From assembly GCA_963720545.1 (NCBI GenBank), contig OY970399.1, forward strand, positions 3,840,001-3,904,000: a DNA stretch of 64,000 bases. The letters run 5' to 3'. Under the pieces are notes generated by a model. The model saw only the letters and a list, made by a program, of their open reading frames with translations, made no database searches and had not been told where the DNA came from. Position 1 is the first letter of the stretch. Every line of letters starts with the position of its first letter. Positions 38,834-49,718 of the stretch are shown here, piece after piece. The translations under genes and the position numbers were made by a program. The DNA is from an uncultured Acidobacteriota bacterium. GTDB lineage: Bacteria > Acidobacteriota > Vicinamibacteria > Fen-336.

Positions 38834-39835
38834 ATGAAGACTTTCGAATTCGTCCGGCCTGCAAGCCTGACGGCGGCGGTGACGGCGGCAGCTCAGTCGA
38901 AGACCGCGCAGCAGGGCGCCGACGTGCGTTTCGTCGCCGGTGGAACGACGCTGGTCGACTTGATGAAGCTGAACGTCGAAACGCCCGTGCGGCTGCTCGA
39001 CATCAACCGGCTGCCCCTTGGCAGGGTGGAAGCGATGCCGGACGGCGGGCTGAAGATCGGCGCGACCGTCCGCAATTCCGATCTCGCCAACCATCCCGCC
39101 GTGAAGCGGGACTATCCGGTGTTGTCGCAGGCGCTGCTCGCTGGCGCGTCGGCGCAGCTCCGCAACATGGCAACGACCGGCGGCAACCTCTTGCAGCGAA
39201 CGCGGTGCGCCTACTTCCGCGACACCGCGATGGCCTGCAACAAACGCGAGCCCGGCAGCGGCTGTCCTGCCATCACCGGGAGCAACCGGACCCTGGCGAT
39301 TTTAGGAACGAGCGAACACTGCATCGCCACCAATCCGTCCGACATGAACGTGGCGCTGGCCGCGCTGGAAGCGACGGTCCACGTGCAGGGAGCGAAGGGC
39401 GTGCGCGCCATCCCCTTCGCCGACTTTCACCTGCTGCCGGGCAGCACGCCGAACCGCGAGACCGTGCTCGAACCCGGCGACCTCGTCGTCCACGTCACGC
39501 TGCCGCCGCCCGTGGCGGGGAGCAAGCAGGCGTATCTCAAGCTGCGCGACCGCGTTTCGTACGAGTTCGCGCTGGCCTCGGCCGCCGTGGTGATCACGAT
39601 GTCGGGCGGCACCATAGCGCATGCGCGGGTTGCGCTTGGCGGCGTCGGCACCAAGCCGTGGCGATCGCCCGAAGCGGAGGCCGCGCTCATAGGGAAACCA
39701 GCGGACGCGGCGCACTTCCGTGAGGCTGCCGAAGCGGCCATGCGCGACGCGCGTCCGCAGAGCGAGAACAGGTTCAAGGTCGAGCTTGCCAAGCGCTGCC
39801 TGTCGCACGCGCTACAGGTCGCCACCACGAGCTGA
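38834..39835 (+). CDS. paoB: Aldehyde/xanthine oxidoreductase FAD subunit
   Basis: AGGTTLVDLMK, LRNMATTGGNLLQRTRC, KLRDR.SYEFA. Confidence 0.88.
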   Translation: MKTFEFVRPASLTAAVTAAAQSKTAQQGADVRFVAGGTTLVDLMKLNVETPVRLLDINRLPLGRVEAMPDGGLKIGATVRNSDLANHPAVKRDYPVLSQALLAGASAQLRNMATTGGNLLQRTRCAYFRDTAMACNKREPGSGCPAITGSNRTLAILGTSEHCIATNPSDMNVALAALEATVHVQGAKGVRAIPFADFHLLPGSTPNRETVLEPGDLVVHVTLPPPVAGSKQAYLKLRDRVSYEFALASAAVVITMSGGTIAHARVALGGVGTKPWRSPEAEAALIGKPADAAHFREAAEAAMRDARPQSENRFKVELAKRCLSHALQVATTS

Positions 39836-39854
39836 ATCGAGCGAAGGAGCGAAC

Positions 39855-42114
39855 ATGTCGACAATGCCAGACAGCGCGAGCGCTTCTCCGATCGGCCGTG
39901 ACACGCCGCGCGTGGACGGGCCACACAAGGTCAGCGGGACCGCCCAATACACTTCCGATTTCCATTTTCCGGGGCTTCTCTACGCGGTTCCTGTCGAGGC
40001 GACGATCGCCAACGGCCGTATCGTCAAGCTCGACACGGCGGCGGCGGAGAAGATGCCCGGCGTGCGGGCGATCCTGCACCGCGAGAACATCGGCAAGATC
40101 TTCCGTTCCGTCGCGGGACCGGGATTCGAGGGCATCTGCGAGGAACGGCGCCCGCCGTTCGAGGACGACGTGGTCCGCTATTACGGCCAGTACGTTGCGG
40201 TGGCGGTGGCGGACCGGTTTGAGGCCGCCAAGGCCGCTGCGGACGCCGTGCGCGTCACCTACGCCGCCGAAAAGCCGAACGTCGCCACCGAGCTGACGGC
40301 CGACGACGACCCCGAGGTGGTCGCCACGTCGTTCGGTGACCGCAAGCGCGTCGACGGCGTGCGTGGCGACGCTGCCGCCGCCTTTGCCACGTCCCCGGTC
40401 AAGCTCGACCAGACGTACGTCACTCCCTCCGAGGCGCACAACCCGATTGAGCTGCACGCGACCACCGCGATCTGGGACGGGCCGGCGTTGACGCTCTACG
40501 AGACGGCGCAGGGAGTGTTCAACCTGAGGGGCGTGATCGCGCAGATGTTCGGCATGCAAAAGGAGAATGTCCGCGTCATCGCGAAGTACGTCGGTTCGGG
40601 ATTCGGCGGCAAGCTGTTCCCGTGGACCCAGTGCTCACTGGCTGCGGCCGCAGCGCGGCAAGTTGGCAAGCCCGTGAAACTGGTGGTGAGCCGCAAGATG
40701 ATGTTCCAGTCGGTGGGGCACCGCCCGCGCACACAGCAGCGCGTGCGCCTGGGCGCCACGCCCGAAGGCCGGCTGGTCTCGCTGCAGCACGACTACGTCT
40801 ATGAACGGTCGATGCTCGATGCCCATCACGAGGACTGCGGCGAAGCGACGCCGTTCCACTACAGCGTGCCCAACCTGCGGGTGTCGTTCGGGCGCGCCAA
40901 GCGGCACATCGGCGCGACCGCGGACATGCGCGGTCCCGGCGCCGTGCCCGGGCTCTACGCGACCGAGTCGGCGCTGAATGAACTGGCCGACCAGCTCAAG
41001 GTCGACCCGGTGAAGCTGCGCGTCATGAACGAGCCGAAGATCGACGAGTCGCTGGGCATTCCGTTCTCGTCACGCCATGTGCTCGAGTGCCTCGAGCGCG
41101 GTGCGAAGACGTTCGGCTGGTCGTCGCGCACTCCCGCGGTCGGTTCGATGAAGCGCGATGGCCTGACTCTCGGCTGGGGCATGGCGGGGGCCGCGTGGAT
41201 CGCCGCGCGCTTCGACGCAGCCGCCAGCATCGAGCTGCGCGACGATGGCACCGTTCGGGTCGCGTGCGGCACCCAGGACATCGGTACGGGCACCTACACG
41301 AACCTTGCGCAGCTCGCCGCCCACAAGACCGGCGTGCCACTCGCGAAGGTCGAGGTCGCGCTCGGTGATACGACGCTTCCCGAAGGGCCGATCTCGGGCG
41401 GTTCGATGGCGACCTCATCGGTGATCCCGGCCGTTTTTGCCGCGGCGGACAATGCCATCAAGGCGCTGCTCGGCATTGCCGCGACCACGCAGGGATCGCC
41501 ATTCGCGGCACGCCCGGCCAGCGAACTCGCCTTCGAAGGCGGGCGAGTCTTCGTAAAGGCCGATGGCGCCGCGGCCGGCGTGCCGTTCGCCGACATACTG
41601 CGCAAGGCCAACCTGCGCCAGGCCGCGGGCAGCGGCAAGTCGGCGGCGACGTTCGGCGATCCCAGTCCGAAGTTCTCGGTGCACTCCTACGGCTGTCACT
41701 TCGTCGAGGTCGACATGGCAGCCGGAAACCGCCCGGCTGCGCGTCAGCCGCGTGGTGACGGTCATCGATGCCGGCCATATCCTCAACCCGCTGGCGGGCC
41801 GCAACCAGATCGTCGGCGCCGTGGTGATGGGCATCGGCATGGCGCTGCTCGAGCACGTGTCGTACGACCCGCAGAACGGCGCGCCGATCAACAGCAACCT
41901 GGCCGACTACGTGGTGGCCGTGAACGCCGACGTGCCGCCGATCGACGTGCACTTCCTCGACTATCCCGACAAGGAGCTGAACGAGCTCGGCGCCCGCGGC
42001 ATTGGCGAGATCGGCCTGGCTGGTGTGGCCGCTGCCATCACCGCCGCGGTCCACCACGCCACCGGCGTGCGCGTGCGCGAACTGCCGGTAAAGATCGAGG
42101 ACCTGCTGGCCTGA
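39855..42114 (+). CDS. paoC: Molybdopterin-binding subunit, with one extra G near 41712
   Basis: HNPIELH, GSGFGGK, MRGPG, QDIGTG, then GARGIGEIG in a shifted frame. Confidence 0.88.
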
Positions 42115-42138
42115 CGCATCCCCTGAAGTCCTGACGGC

Positions 42139-42335
42139 TTCATCGCTTGCGCTGGCCCGAAGGACCCGCCGAGCTTTCATGGAAGCAGTCGTTGCCGTGT
42201 GTGCGCGTGTGTCGTTCGGTAACGAACTGCGTCCGGACGCAGTCCACCAGTTCTTTCGACACGCACATCAGACTTGGTGTGCGATTGGGAGATCCATCGG
42301 CGGCAGCGCAAGCGATGGGCCGCCTCGGGAAAACG
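42139..42335. repeat. Repeat cluster 3: degenerate B(+), palindrome C, B(-)
   Basis: CATCGCTTGCGCTG at ~42141, ACTGCGTCCGGACGCAGT at 42226-42243, inverted B at 42289-42335. Confidence 0.75.
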
Positions 42336-42340
42336 ATTGC

Positions 42341-42721
42341 CTACTTCATGGAGTGGATGCCGACCACGTTGTTCTCGGTGTCGGTTATGAGGGCGATGAA
42401 GCCCCATTCGCCGATCGGGAACTTCTCCTTCATGACCTTGCCGCCGGCTCCGGCCGCGCGTCCTGCCTCCACTGAGCAGTCGTCCGAAACGAAGTACACG
42501 ATGGTGCTCGTGCCACCGCCGGTGGGGCCGCCCTCCATCTTGATCAGCGAGCCCGCTGCACCGGCCGCATCCCTGGTCATGGGGAAGGTCCACATTTCCA
42601 TCGTCTTGTCGGGCGAGTCCATCTTGTCGAGCTTCAGTGCGAAGCACTTTTCGTAGAAGGCCCTTGCGCGATTCATGTCGGCGACGTAGATCTCGAACCA
42701 GCCCACCGGGTTCTGGGACAT
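42341..42721 (-). CDS. VOC/glyoxalase family protein
   Basis: NPVGWFEIYV.D..RA..FY, DTENNVVGIHS. Confidence 0.88.
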   Translation of the reverse strand: MSQNPVGWFEIYVADMNRARAFYEKCFALKLDKMDSPDKTMEMWTFPMTRDAAGAAGSLIKMEGGPTGGGTSTIVYFVSDDCSVEAGRAAGAGGKVMKEKFPIGEWGFIALITDTENNVVGIHSMK

Positions 42722-42816
42722 TGCCACTCTCCTCGGTCCAATGCTTGTTGAGCTTCAACCGTAGCACCGGCTTTCACCGCGAACATGCAAAGAGATTTGC
42801 CGGGTGGCCCGATGCC

Positions 42817-44049
42817 TCAACGCTCCGGTGACAGCCGCGCGACGATGGCGGTGGCGGCGAGGTTGCCGGTGACGTTATGGATGGTGATGAATCGGTCGGG
42901 GATGGCGTCGAGTGCGATCAGGAGGCCGACGCCCTCGGCGGGCAGGCCGACCGTCACCAGCAGCGGGGCGAGCATGATGAAGCCGCCGTTGGGAATGCCG
43001 GGCGCGGCAAATCCGAGGAACACCGCGGCGAACGCGACGATCGCAACCTGTGGCGCGGGCAGCGGCAGGTTGTAGAACCAGGCGACGAACATTGGTCCGA
43101 TCGTCCACGAGACGGGTGCGGCGATCTTGAACACTGCGGTCGCGAGCGGCACGACGAAGCCGGTCACCTTCTTGGGCAGCGCCAGGCCAACCTCGGCGGA
43201 CTCGACGAGCGCGGGCAGCGAGGCGATGGACGAACTGGAACTGAAGGCGATGAGCTGCGTGGGCAGCGCCGCGCGCGCGAAGCGCGACATCGGAATCGCC
43301 GCGGCCAGGCGCACCGCCGGATAGAGGAGCAGCGTGCAGGCGATCGCCGCCAGCGAATAGATGACGATGTAGGCGCCGATCGCGCCGGCGAGCGATGCGC
43401 CCGCGTGCGCTGCAAACGGCAGTAGCAGTGCGAACACGCCGAGCGGCGCCAGCCAGATGACGCCGCGCACCAGCGTCATCATCGCGTCGCCGAGCGCGCG
43501 AAAGAAAGCCAGCAGGGTGGCACGCGATTCGGAAGCGGTGTTCGCGATCGCCACCGCCAGCACCAGCGCGAACAGGACATAGGGCACCATTGCGCCGTTG
43601 GCTGCCGCGGCTATGGGGTTGGCCGGCAGCAGCGACGCGAACCACGTAGAGAAGGACGTCGCGACGCCGCTCGCCGCCACGGCGCTCGCGGCCTCGGCGG
43701 CACCCGGCGGCAGGGCCGGCCGCACGCCGTCGGGAAACTGGCTGAGGATGAACTGCGACAGCGGCACCATCACGACCGCGGTGGCGACGAGCAGCCCCAG
43801 GAACACGCCGAGCGTGCGCACGCCGAGGCGGCCGATGGCCTGCACCTCGGACGCCGAAGCAATGCCGGTGACGACCAGCGCCAGCACCAGCGGAATCACG
43901 GTCATGCGGATGGCGTTGATCCAGAGGGTGCCGAGCGGCGCGATGGCGTCGGCGAACTGCAGCGCCCGTTCGCTCCCGCTGGCGGCGATGGCGCCGCCAG
44001 CGACGATGGCGGCGGCCAGCGCGAGGATGACGCGGGTTTGCGCGTTCAC
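42817..44049 (-). CDS. Dicarboxylate/amino acid:cation symporter
   Basis: IRMTVIPLV, AFSSSSSIASLP, PGIP.G, DRFIT..NVTG. Confidence 0.88.
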   Translation of the reverse strand: MNAQTRVILALAAAIVAGGAIAASGSERALQFADAIAPLGTLWINAIRMTVIPLVLALVVTGIASASEVQAIGRLGVRTLGVFLGLLVATAVVMVPLSQFILSQFPDGVRPALPPGAAEAASAVAASGVATSFSTWFASLLPANPIAAAANGAMVPYVLFALVLAVAIANTASESRATLLAFFRALGDAMMTLVRGVIWLAPLGVFALLLPFAAHAGASLAGAIGAYIVIYSLAAIACTLLLYPAVRLAAAIPMSRFARAALPTQLIAFSSSSSIASLPALVESAEVGLALPKKVTGFVVPLATAVFKIAAPVSWTIGPMFVAWFYNLPLPAPQVAIVAFAAVFLGFAAPGIPNGGFIMLAPLLVTVGLPAEGVGLLIALDAIPDRFITIHNVTGNLAATAIVARLSPER

Positions 44050-44112
44050 AGTGGCGACCCCCTTGGAGTGAGTGCGGGATCGTCCTATAACGAGGCGCGT
44101 TGCACAAATGAA

Positions 44113-44258
44113 CGGAACGAACGCTGACGCGAAGCGCCAAGGGAACGAACAACGGACCAAAGGAGATCGACGGATTGGACGGCACGGATGCCAATCCGTC
44201 GATGGCGGGGGGATCCCTCGGGCGCAGCGCAGGCGACGGGCGCCCTCGGGAAAAACGG
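44113..44258 (-). repeat. Repeat cluster 4 (A and B, inverted)
   Basis: ATCGACGGATTGG..CCAATCCGTCGAT followed by GGATCCCTCGGGCGCAGCG..GCCCTCGGGAAAA. Confidence 0.85.
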
Positions 44259-44259
44259 G

Positions 44260-44889
44260 CTAGCGGATGGAGATTTCGCCGGCCATGAGGCGGGCGGAGA
44301 GGCGATAGCGGCCGATGCCGTGGTGGTCGAGGCTGCGGAAGATGCCGTCGGCGGAGCGGCCGAAAGGCGCTGCGGAGATCTCGCCGGCCATGACGCTTGC
44401 CTTCACCGGACCGTATTCGTCGGGGTCGCTCACGGCGATGTTGAGCTCGCCGGCGTTGAGGCGTACGTCCTTGTCGCCGTGGATGCCGCTGATGCTCAGT
44501 TCTCCGGCGGGCATGCGCACCCGCAGGTGCAGCTGCGCAGGCACCGAGATCCGCAGCGCGAAGTGGTTGCGGGGGCCGCCCTTGATCTCGAGGTTGCTGC
44601 CGTGCAGCGCCGCGCTCAGTTCGGAACAGCGCTGTGCGTAGCGCCCGCCGCACTCCACGAGCAGCCGGCCGTCCGCGCCGCCCTGGATCGTGACATCGCC
44701 CGAACGCACGTCAAGGTTGAGGCTTTGGGCCGCGAAAGGCTCGTCGAGCGCCACGTTCGACGCCATGCCGGCATGGCGCGGGGTGGGATCGTCTACGCTC
44801 GCCTCGCGGCTGCCATGAGGCCGGCAGGCGACTGTAAGGGCGGCACCGGCAACGAGGAAAAGGGCGAAACGGGGAAAAGACAGGGCCAT
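44260..44889 (-). CDS. Hypothetical lipoprotein, adhesin-like beta repeats
   Basis: Lipobox-like TVAC; repeated AGEL.I / AGEIS. Confidence 0.65.
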   Translation of the reverse strand: MALSFPRFALFLVAGAALTVACRPHGSREASVDDPTPRHAGMASNVALDEPFAAQSLNLDVRSGDVTIQGGADGRLLVECGGRYAQRCSELSAALHGSNLEIKGGPRNHFALRISVPAQLHLRVRMPAGELSISGIHGDKDVRLNAGELNIAVSDPDEYGPVKASVMAGEISAAPFGRSADGIFRSLDHHGIGRYRLSARLMAGEISIR

Positions 44890-44977
44890 GCGGCCTCCTT
44901 ACTTGTTCCAAACGCGCCCGGTGACCGGGGGGTTCCAGTTTCTGCGGCTCGCCGAGGTCGCTTAGCATTCTCGCCAC

Positions 44978-46129
44978 ATGAAGGCAGGAATCCTCAAGGA
45001 AACGTTCGCCGGAGAGCGCCGGGTGGCGATGGTCCCGGCCGTCGTGCCCGCCCTCCTGAAGATGGGGCTGGCCGTCGTCGTCGAAGCCTCGGCAGGCTTC
45101 GCAGCCGGGTTCCCGGATGCGCAGTATGTGGAGAAGGGCGCGACAGTCCTGCCCACCGCGGCGGAGGTCCTCGCGCAGTCCGATATCGTCTTTTCGGTGC
45201 GCTCGTTCGCCGCCAGCGCCGCGCCGGATCTCAGCGGCCTCGGCAGCCGCCACACGCTCGTCGCCATGCTCGAGCCGCTGGCCAGCCCGGAGGGCGCGCG
45301 CAGCATCGCCGCCACCGGCGCCACCAGCTTCTCGCTGGAGCTCGTGCCGCGCATCACCCGCGCGCAGGCCATGGACGTGCTGTCGTCGATGGCGATGGTG
45401 GCCGGCTACAAAGCCGTGCTGCTGGCCGCCACGGAGTCGCCGCGCCTCATCCCCATGATGACGACCGCCGGAGGTACCCTCACTCCCGCGCGCGCCTTCA
45501 TCATCGGCGGCGGGGTCGCGGGCCTGCAGGCGATCGCCACCGCCCGCCGCCTCGGTGCGGTGGTTTCCGGCTACGACATCCGCCCGGCGGTGAAGGAGCA
45601 GGTGGAGAGCCTCGGCGCGAAGTTCGTCGAGCTGCCGCTCGAAGCGGGCGAAACCCAGGACGCCGGCGGGTATGCGAAGGCGATGGACGAAGCCTTCTAC
45701 CAGAAGCAGCGCGAGCTGCTCGGCCGCACCGTGGCGCAGAGCGACATCGTGGTGACGACCGCCGCTGTTCCCGGCAAGAAAGCGCCGATACTCATCACCG
45801 CCGCGATGGTGGACGGCATGCAGCCGGGCTCGGTGATCGTGGACGTCGCCGCCGAGCAGGGCGGCAACTGCGAGGCCACCCGCCCCGGAGAACGGGTGGT
45901 GCGAAACGGAGTCACCATCCTCGGCCCGCTGAACCTTGCTTCCACCATCCCGGCGCACGCGAGCTTCCTGTGGTCGCGCAACCTCGCGAGCTTCCTCGCG
46001 CTCATCGTCCGCAAGGACCAGGACGCGCCCTTCATCGACACCGAGGACCCGATCATCGCCGGGAGCCTCCTGACGCGCGGCGGGGAAGTGGTGGAGCCTC
46101 GGGTGCGCGAGGCGCTGGGCCTCGGCTAG
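44978..46129 (+). CDS. pntA: NAD(P) transhydrogenase subunit alpha, soluble part (dI)
   Basis: GERRVA, PRITRAQ.MDVLSS, GGGVAGL, GGYAK, GGNCE. Confidence 0.92.
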   Translation: MKAGILKETFAGERRVAMVPAVVPALLKMGLAVVVEASAGFAAGFPDAQYVEKGATVLPTAAEVLAQSDIVFSVRSFAASAAPDLSGLGSRHTLVAMLEPLASPEGARSIAATGATSFSLELVPRITRAQAMDVLSSMAMVAGYKAVLLAATESPRLIPMMTTAGGTLTPARAFIIGGGVAGLQAIATARRLGAVVSGYDIRPAVKEQVESLGAKFVELPLEAGETQDAGGYAKAMDEAFYQKQRELLGRTVAQSDIVVTTAAVPGKKAPILITAAMVDGMQPGSVIVDVAAEQGGNCEATRPGERVVRNGVTILGPLNLASTIPAHASFLWSRNLASFLALIVRKDQDAPFIDTEDPIIAGSLLTRGGEVVEPRVREALGLG

Positions 46130-46138
46130 AGGTAGCGC

Positions 46139-47023
46139 TCATTTCGGCTGCGACCCCGGCGGGTAGTAGCCGCTGCGATGGCGCGCATCAGCCCCCTTGC
46201 GGCGCACCAGCACCTGCAGCTTGCGGAACGACTTGCCCGGCTGCGGCGTGAAACCGAGGACGTACTGCGACATGATGTCGGCACGGATCCGCGCAAATAC
46301 CGTTGCCGGGTCGACGCGGTCGCCCACCATCAGCAAGCCGCCGGTGACGGTGGTGAGCTTCATCATCGCGAGGGCCGACAGCGGGCGCGCGTTGGGCACG
46401 CCGCTGTAGGCTAGCCCGTCGCGGAACTGCACCACGTAGACGGTCGCGCCCGCCGCCAGCAGGCGGCGGTTGAGCGCGTCGAGGCTGAGTGCGCTGCTCT
46501 CGTCCAGGCCGTCGGTGAGCACAACCAGGACGCGCCGCTTGCCGCTCGGCGCCATCGCGTTGAGCGCATAGTCGACGCCGGCGTAGACCGCGGAACCGCC
46601 ACCGGCTGGTGCTTTCTCCACCCAGCGGCGCACGCGCTCCTTGTCTTCCGGCCGGTAGCGCATCGACTGCGCCATGTGGTCGAACATCGTCACCGTCATA
46701 TCCTGTGCGTTCGGCACGCTGTCGAGAAATGCGAGGGCCGACGCGCGTGACGCGGCGATGGCGGGCACCATGCTCGCGCTCACGTCGAACAACAGCCCGA
46801 GGTTGAGGCTGTACAGGCTGTCGTCGCCGGCCTCGCCCTGCCGCCCGAACAGCTCGATCGGCACGCTGGCGCCGTCCTGCAGCAGCACGAAGTCTTCCTT
46901 GCGCAGGTCGGTGACGGCGGCGCCGCTGTGATCGCGCACGTTGACCCACAGGTTCACCACCTCGCTCGCGGCCTCGAACGTCGGCACCTGCGCGGCCAGC
47001 GCCAGGAACAGCGCTGCGATCAT
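46139..47023 (-). CDS. Secreted VWA-domain protein
   Basis: PTF.A..EVV, DVSASM, LTDG.D, QYVLGF, HRSGYY. Confidence 0.85.
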   Translation of the reverse strand: MIAALFLALAAQVPTFEAASEVVNLWVNVRDHSGAAVTDLRKEDFVLLQDGASVPIELFGRQGEAGDDSLYSLNLGLLFDVSASMVPAIAASRASALAFLDSVPNAQDMTVTMFDHMAQSMRYRPEDKERVRRWVEKAPAGGGSAVYAGVDYALNAMAPSGKRRVLVVLTDGLDESSALSLDALNRRLLAAGATVYVVQFRDGLAYSGVPNARPLSALAMMKLTTVTGGLLMVGDRVDPATVFARIRADIMSQYVLGFTPQPGKSFRKLQVLVRRKGADARHRSGYYPPGSQPK

Positions 47024-47901
47024 CGACCGTCCGCCCAGTAGGCCGGACGATGGCGCGCCTTCAGACCCTTCCGGTCGACGCGCACCCGCAGGCGGCGCAC
47101 CCCGCTGCCGCCGCCCGGCGCGAAGCCCAGGACGTACTGCGTGGTCAGGTCGTCGATCACCGCGTCGAGCATGTCCGGCGCCGAACCGCGCGCCGTCAAC
47201 ACCAGGCCGCCGGTGGCGTCCGCCAGTTCGTTGAGCCGCATGCGTGCCGAGGCTTGCTCGACCATTGGCCGCGCATCGAGACGCGCGCGGAATTGCAGCG
47301 CGTAGAAGGTCACGCCCAGCGTTTGCATGCGCTGCGCCGCCTCATGGCAGCGGTGCGGGCTCACCTGGTCGAACCCGTCCGTCAGCGCCACCACGACCCG
47401 GCGTTGTGGCGATGGCCGCAGCCGCGCGGTCGCCTGGACGATGCCGGCGCAGAAGGCGCTGGCGCCGCCGACCGTTGCCTGCTCCAGCCATTCGCGCGTG
47501 CTCGCGGCCTGCGCCGCGGCCGCGCCGGAATCGACGCGCGTATCGTTGTAAAGGGCGAAGGTGGTTGGCATCTTGTCGATGAAGCCAAGCGCTGCCTCGC
47601 GGGCCTTGTCGATGTCGAGCGCCATCCGTGCGCTGGTGTCGAGCAGCAGCAGGGTCGCCACCCGGCCGAGCTCATCGGAGTCGCTCGAGAACCCGAAGAG
47701 GACGATCGGCCGCTCCTTGCCTTCTTCCTGCAAGGTAAACGCCTCCTGCGGCAGGCCGCGCGCCACCTTGCCGTCGCCGTCGCGCACGCTCACCCACACG
47801 TGCACCAGGTCGGTCGCGGCTTCAAAGGTCGGGACCTGGGCGTTGGCCGCGGCCGGTGCGACGGCCACGCTTGCCAGCAGTGCTGCGGCTCGGCCAAACA
47901 C
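47020..47901 (-). CDS. Secreted VWA-domain protein (paralog)
   Basis: DTSARM, LTDGFD, TGG, QYVLGF. Confidence 0.85.
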   Translation of the reverse strand: MFGRAAALLASVAVAPAAANAQVPTFEAATDLVHVWVSVRDGDGKVARGLPQEAFTLQEEGKERPIVLFGFSSDSDELGRVATLLLLDTSARMALDIDKAREAALGFIDKMPTTFALYNDTRVDSGAAAAQAASTREWLEQATVGGASAFCAGIVQATARLRPSPQRRVVVALTDGFDQVSPHRCHEAAQRMQTLGVTFYALQFRARLDARPMVEQASARMRLNELADATGGLVLTARGSAPDMLDAVIDDLTTQYVLGFAPGGGSGVRRLRVRVDRKGLKARHRPAYWADGR

Positions 47902-47936
47902 GTCGCGATGTTACGCCGTGGCCGGCGTCGCGGGCC

Positions 47937-48932
47937 TCAGAAGACCGAGAACTTGAAGTACTTCTTCGGGTTCTTGCGGATGTCGGCGGAGAGCTGCGAC
48001 AGCTCGGTGGCCGTCGAGTTGAGGCTCTTGATCGAGGAATTGAGGTTCGTGTACAGCTCCTCGTCCTTCGACAGCTTGCCGATCGTGCCCTCGCCCTTGT
48101 CGATGCGCGTGACGAAGCTCTCCATGGTGGCGGAGGTGCGCTTGAACGACTGCGTCAGCTCCTCCATCTGCGCCGTGACCGTGTCGAGCCGGGTGATGGC
48201 GCGGTCGAGCTCGGGCCTCGCCACCAGCTTCTCGGCGCTGTCCGCGGAGCGCTGCAGGCTGGCCGTGAGGTTGGCGAAGCTCTTGCGCTGCTCGACGATC
48301 GTGGCATTGAGGGTGCGCAGTGCCGCGTTCAGCTCGGTGGTGCCGGTCTCGACGTTGGTGATGGTGGTGTCGGACATAAGCCGGTCCACCCGTTTCAGCG
48401 TGTCTTCGGCCTTCACAGCCACCGCCGACGCCTGGTCCATGAGGTTCGGCGCGCTGGCGACGCGGTGCTGCAGTTCGTCGCCCTGCTTGGCCGCCTCATT
48501 GGAGGTGCCCGGATCGATCGCGACCACCATCCCCTGGATGAGGCTCGCCGAGCGGATCTCGACGAACGAGTCCTTCGGCACTTTGTACTCGCCCTCGATC
48601 TCCATGAAGATGTTGACTGCAGTCTGGTTGGCGCCGCTCTTGTCGATGTCGAACTTCTGCACCCGGCCGATGTTGACGCCGCGCAGCACGATGGGGTCGC
48701 CCTTGCGCACGCCGCGCGCGTCGTCGACGCGGGTGTGCAGGATGTAGCGGCCGCGGAACATCGAGGCGTCGGTGAGCGTGAAGAGCGCTATCAGGATGCC
48801 GGCGACGCTGCCGATGACGAACAGCCCCACCTTGGCCTCGCGGTCGAAGGCGCGGGTCTTGGGCAGCGGCGGCAGCTCCTCGTTGCTGCTTCCGGGCTTG
48901 CGTGGGTTGGGCTTTTCGGTCGTCTGGCTCAT
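47937..48932 (-). CDS. mlaD: MCE/MlaD family protein
   Basis: KVGLFV, G.P...RGV.IG.V, GEGTIGKL, NPKKY. Confidence 0.85.
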   Translation of the reverse strand: MSQTTEKPNPRKPGSSNEELPPLPKTRAFDREAKVGLFVIGSVAGILIALFTLTDASMFRGRYILHTRVDDARGVRKGDPIVLRGVNIGRVQKFDIDKSGANQTAVNIFMEIEGEYKVPKDSFVEIRSASLIQGMVVAIDPGTSNEAAKQGDELQHRVASAPNLMDQASAVAVKAEDTLKRVDRLMSDTTITNVETGTTELNAALRTLNATIVEQRKSFANLTASLQRSADSAEKLVARPELDRAITRLDTVTAQMEELTQSFKRTSATMESFVTRIDKGEGTIGKLSKDEELYTNLNSSIKSLNSTATELSQLSADIRKNPKKYFKFSVF

Positions 48933-48953
48933 GTCCTTTTTCTTTCCTCGCCG

Positions 48954-49718
48954 CTAGTCTTCCATGATGGCAAGGGCCGCGGCGGCGGCCTCCTTGCGGT
49001 CGGCGAATGCCTTCACCAGCGGCTCGGCGCTGCGGCGGAACTCATCGGGAGTGCCGACGAAGCGGATGCGGCCGTGGTCGAGCAGGGCGATGCGGTCGCA
49101 GATATGGAGGGCGCCCTCGATGTCATGGGTGACGACGATCGAGGTGACGTGCATCTTTTCGCGGATGTCGCTGATCAGGTGTTCGACCGTGGCGGTATTG
49201 ACCGGGTCGAGGCCGGTGACCGGCTCGTCATAGAGCAGGATGCGCGGCTGGCCGACGATGGCGCGCGCCAGGCCCACGCGCTTGCGCATGCCGCCCGACA
49301 GCTCGGCGGGCAGCTTGTTCAGCACCACGAACGGGTCGAGGTTGACGTCGTCGAGCGCGCCGCACACCCGCTTCAGCACTTCCTGCTGGCCGACCTCCTT
49401 CTGCAGGTCGTCGCGCAGCCCCTGGGCGACGTTCTGGAACACCGTCATCGAGTCGAAGAGCGCCGCGTACTGGAAGACGTAACCCACCTTCTGGCGGATC
49501 TGCTCCAGCACCTTCGCGTCCGCCAGCACCGACACGCCGTCCACCTTGACGTCGCCGCTGTCGGGCTTGATGAGGCCGATCGTCGTCTTCAGCAGCACGC
49601 TCTTGCCGGTGCCCGACGGGCCGACGACGCCCAGGGTTTCGCCGTCGGCGATGGTGAGGTTCACCCCGGCGAGCACCGGGACGTCGAACTTCTTGTAGAG
49701 ATCGATGTATTCGATCAA
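48954..49718 (-). CDS. mlaF: ABC transporter ATP-binding protein
   Basis: GPSGTGKS, LSGGMRKR, YDEP..GLDP; TTG start overlaps the mlaE stop. Confidence 0.88.
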   Translation of the reverse strand: MIEYIDLYKKFDVPVLAGVNLTIADGETLGVVGPSGTGKSVLLKTTIGLIKPDSGDVKVDGVSVLADAKVLEQIRQKVGYVFQYAALFDSMTVFQNVAQGLRDDLQKEVGQQEVLKRVCGALDDVNLDPFVVLNKLPAELSGGMRKRVGLARAIVGQPRILLYDEPVTGLDPVNTATVEHLISDIREKMHVTSIVVTHDIEGALHICDRIALLDHGRIRFVGTPDEFRRSAEPLVKAFADRKEAAAAALAIMED

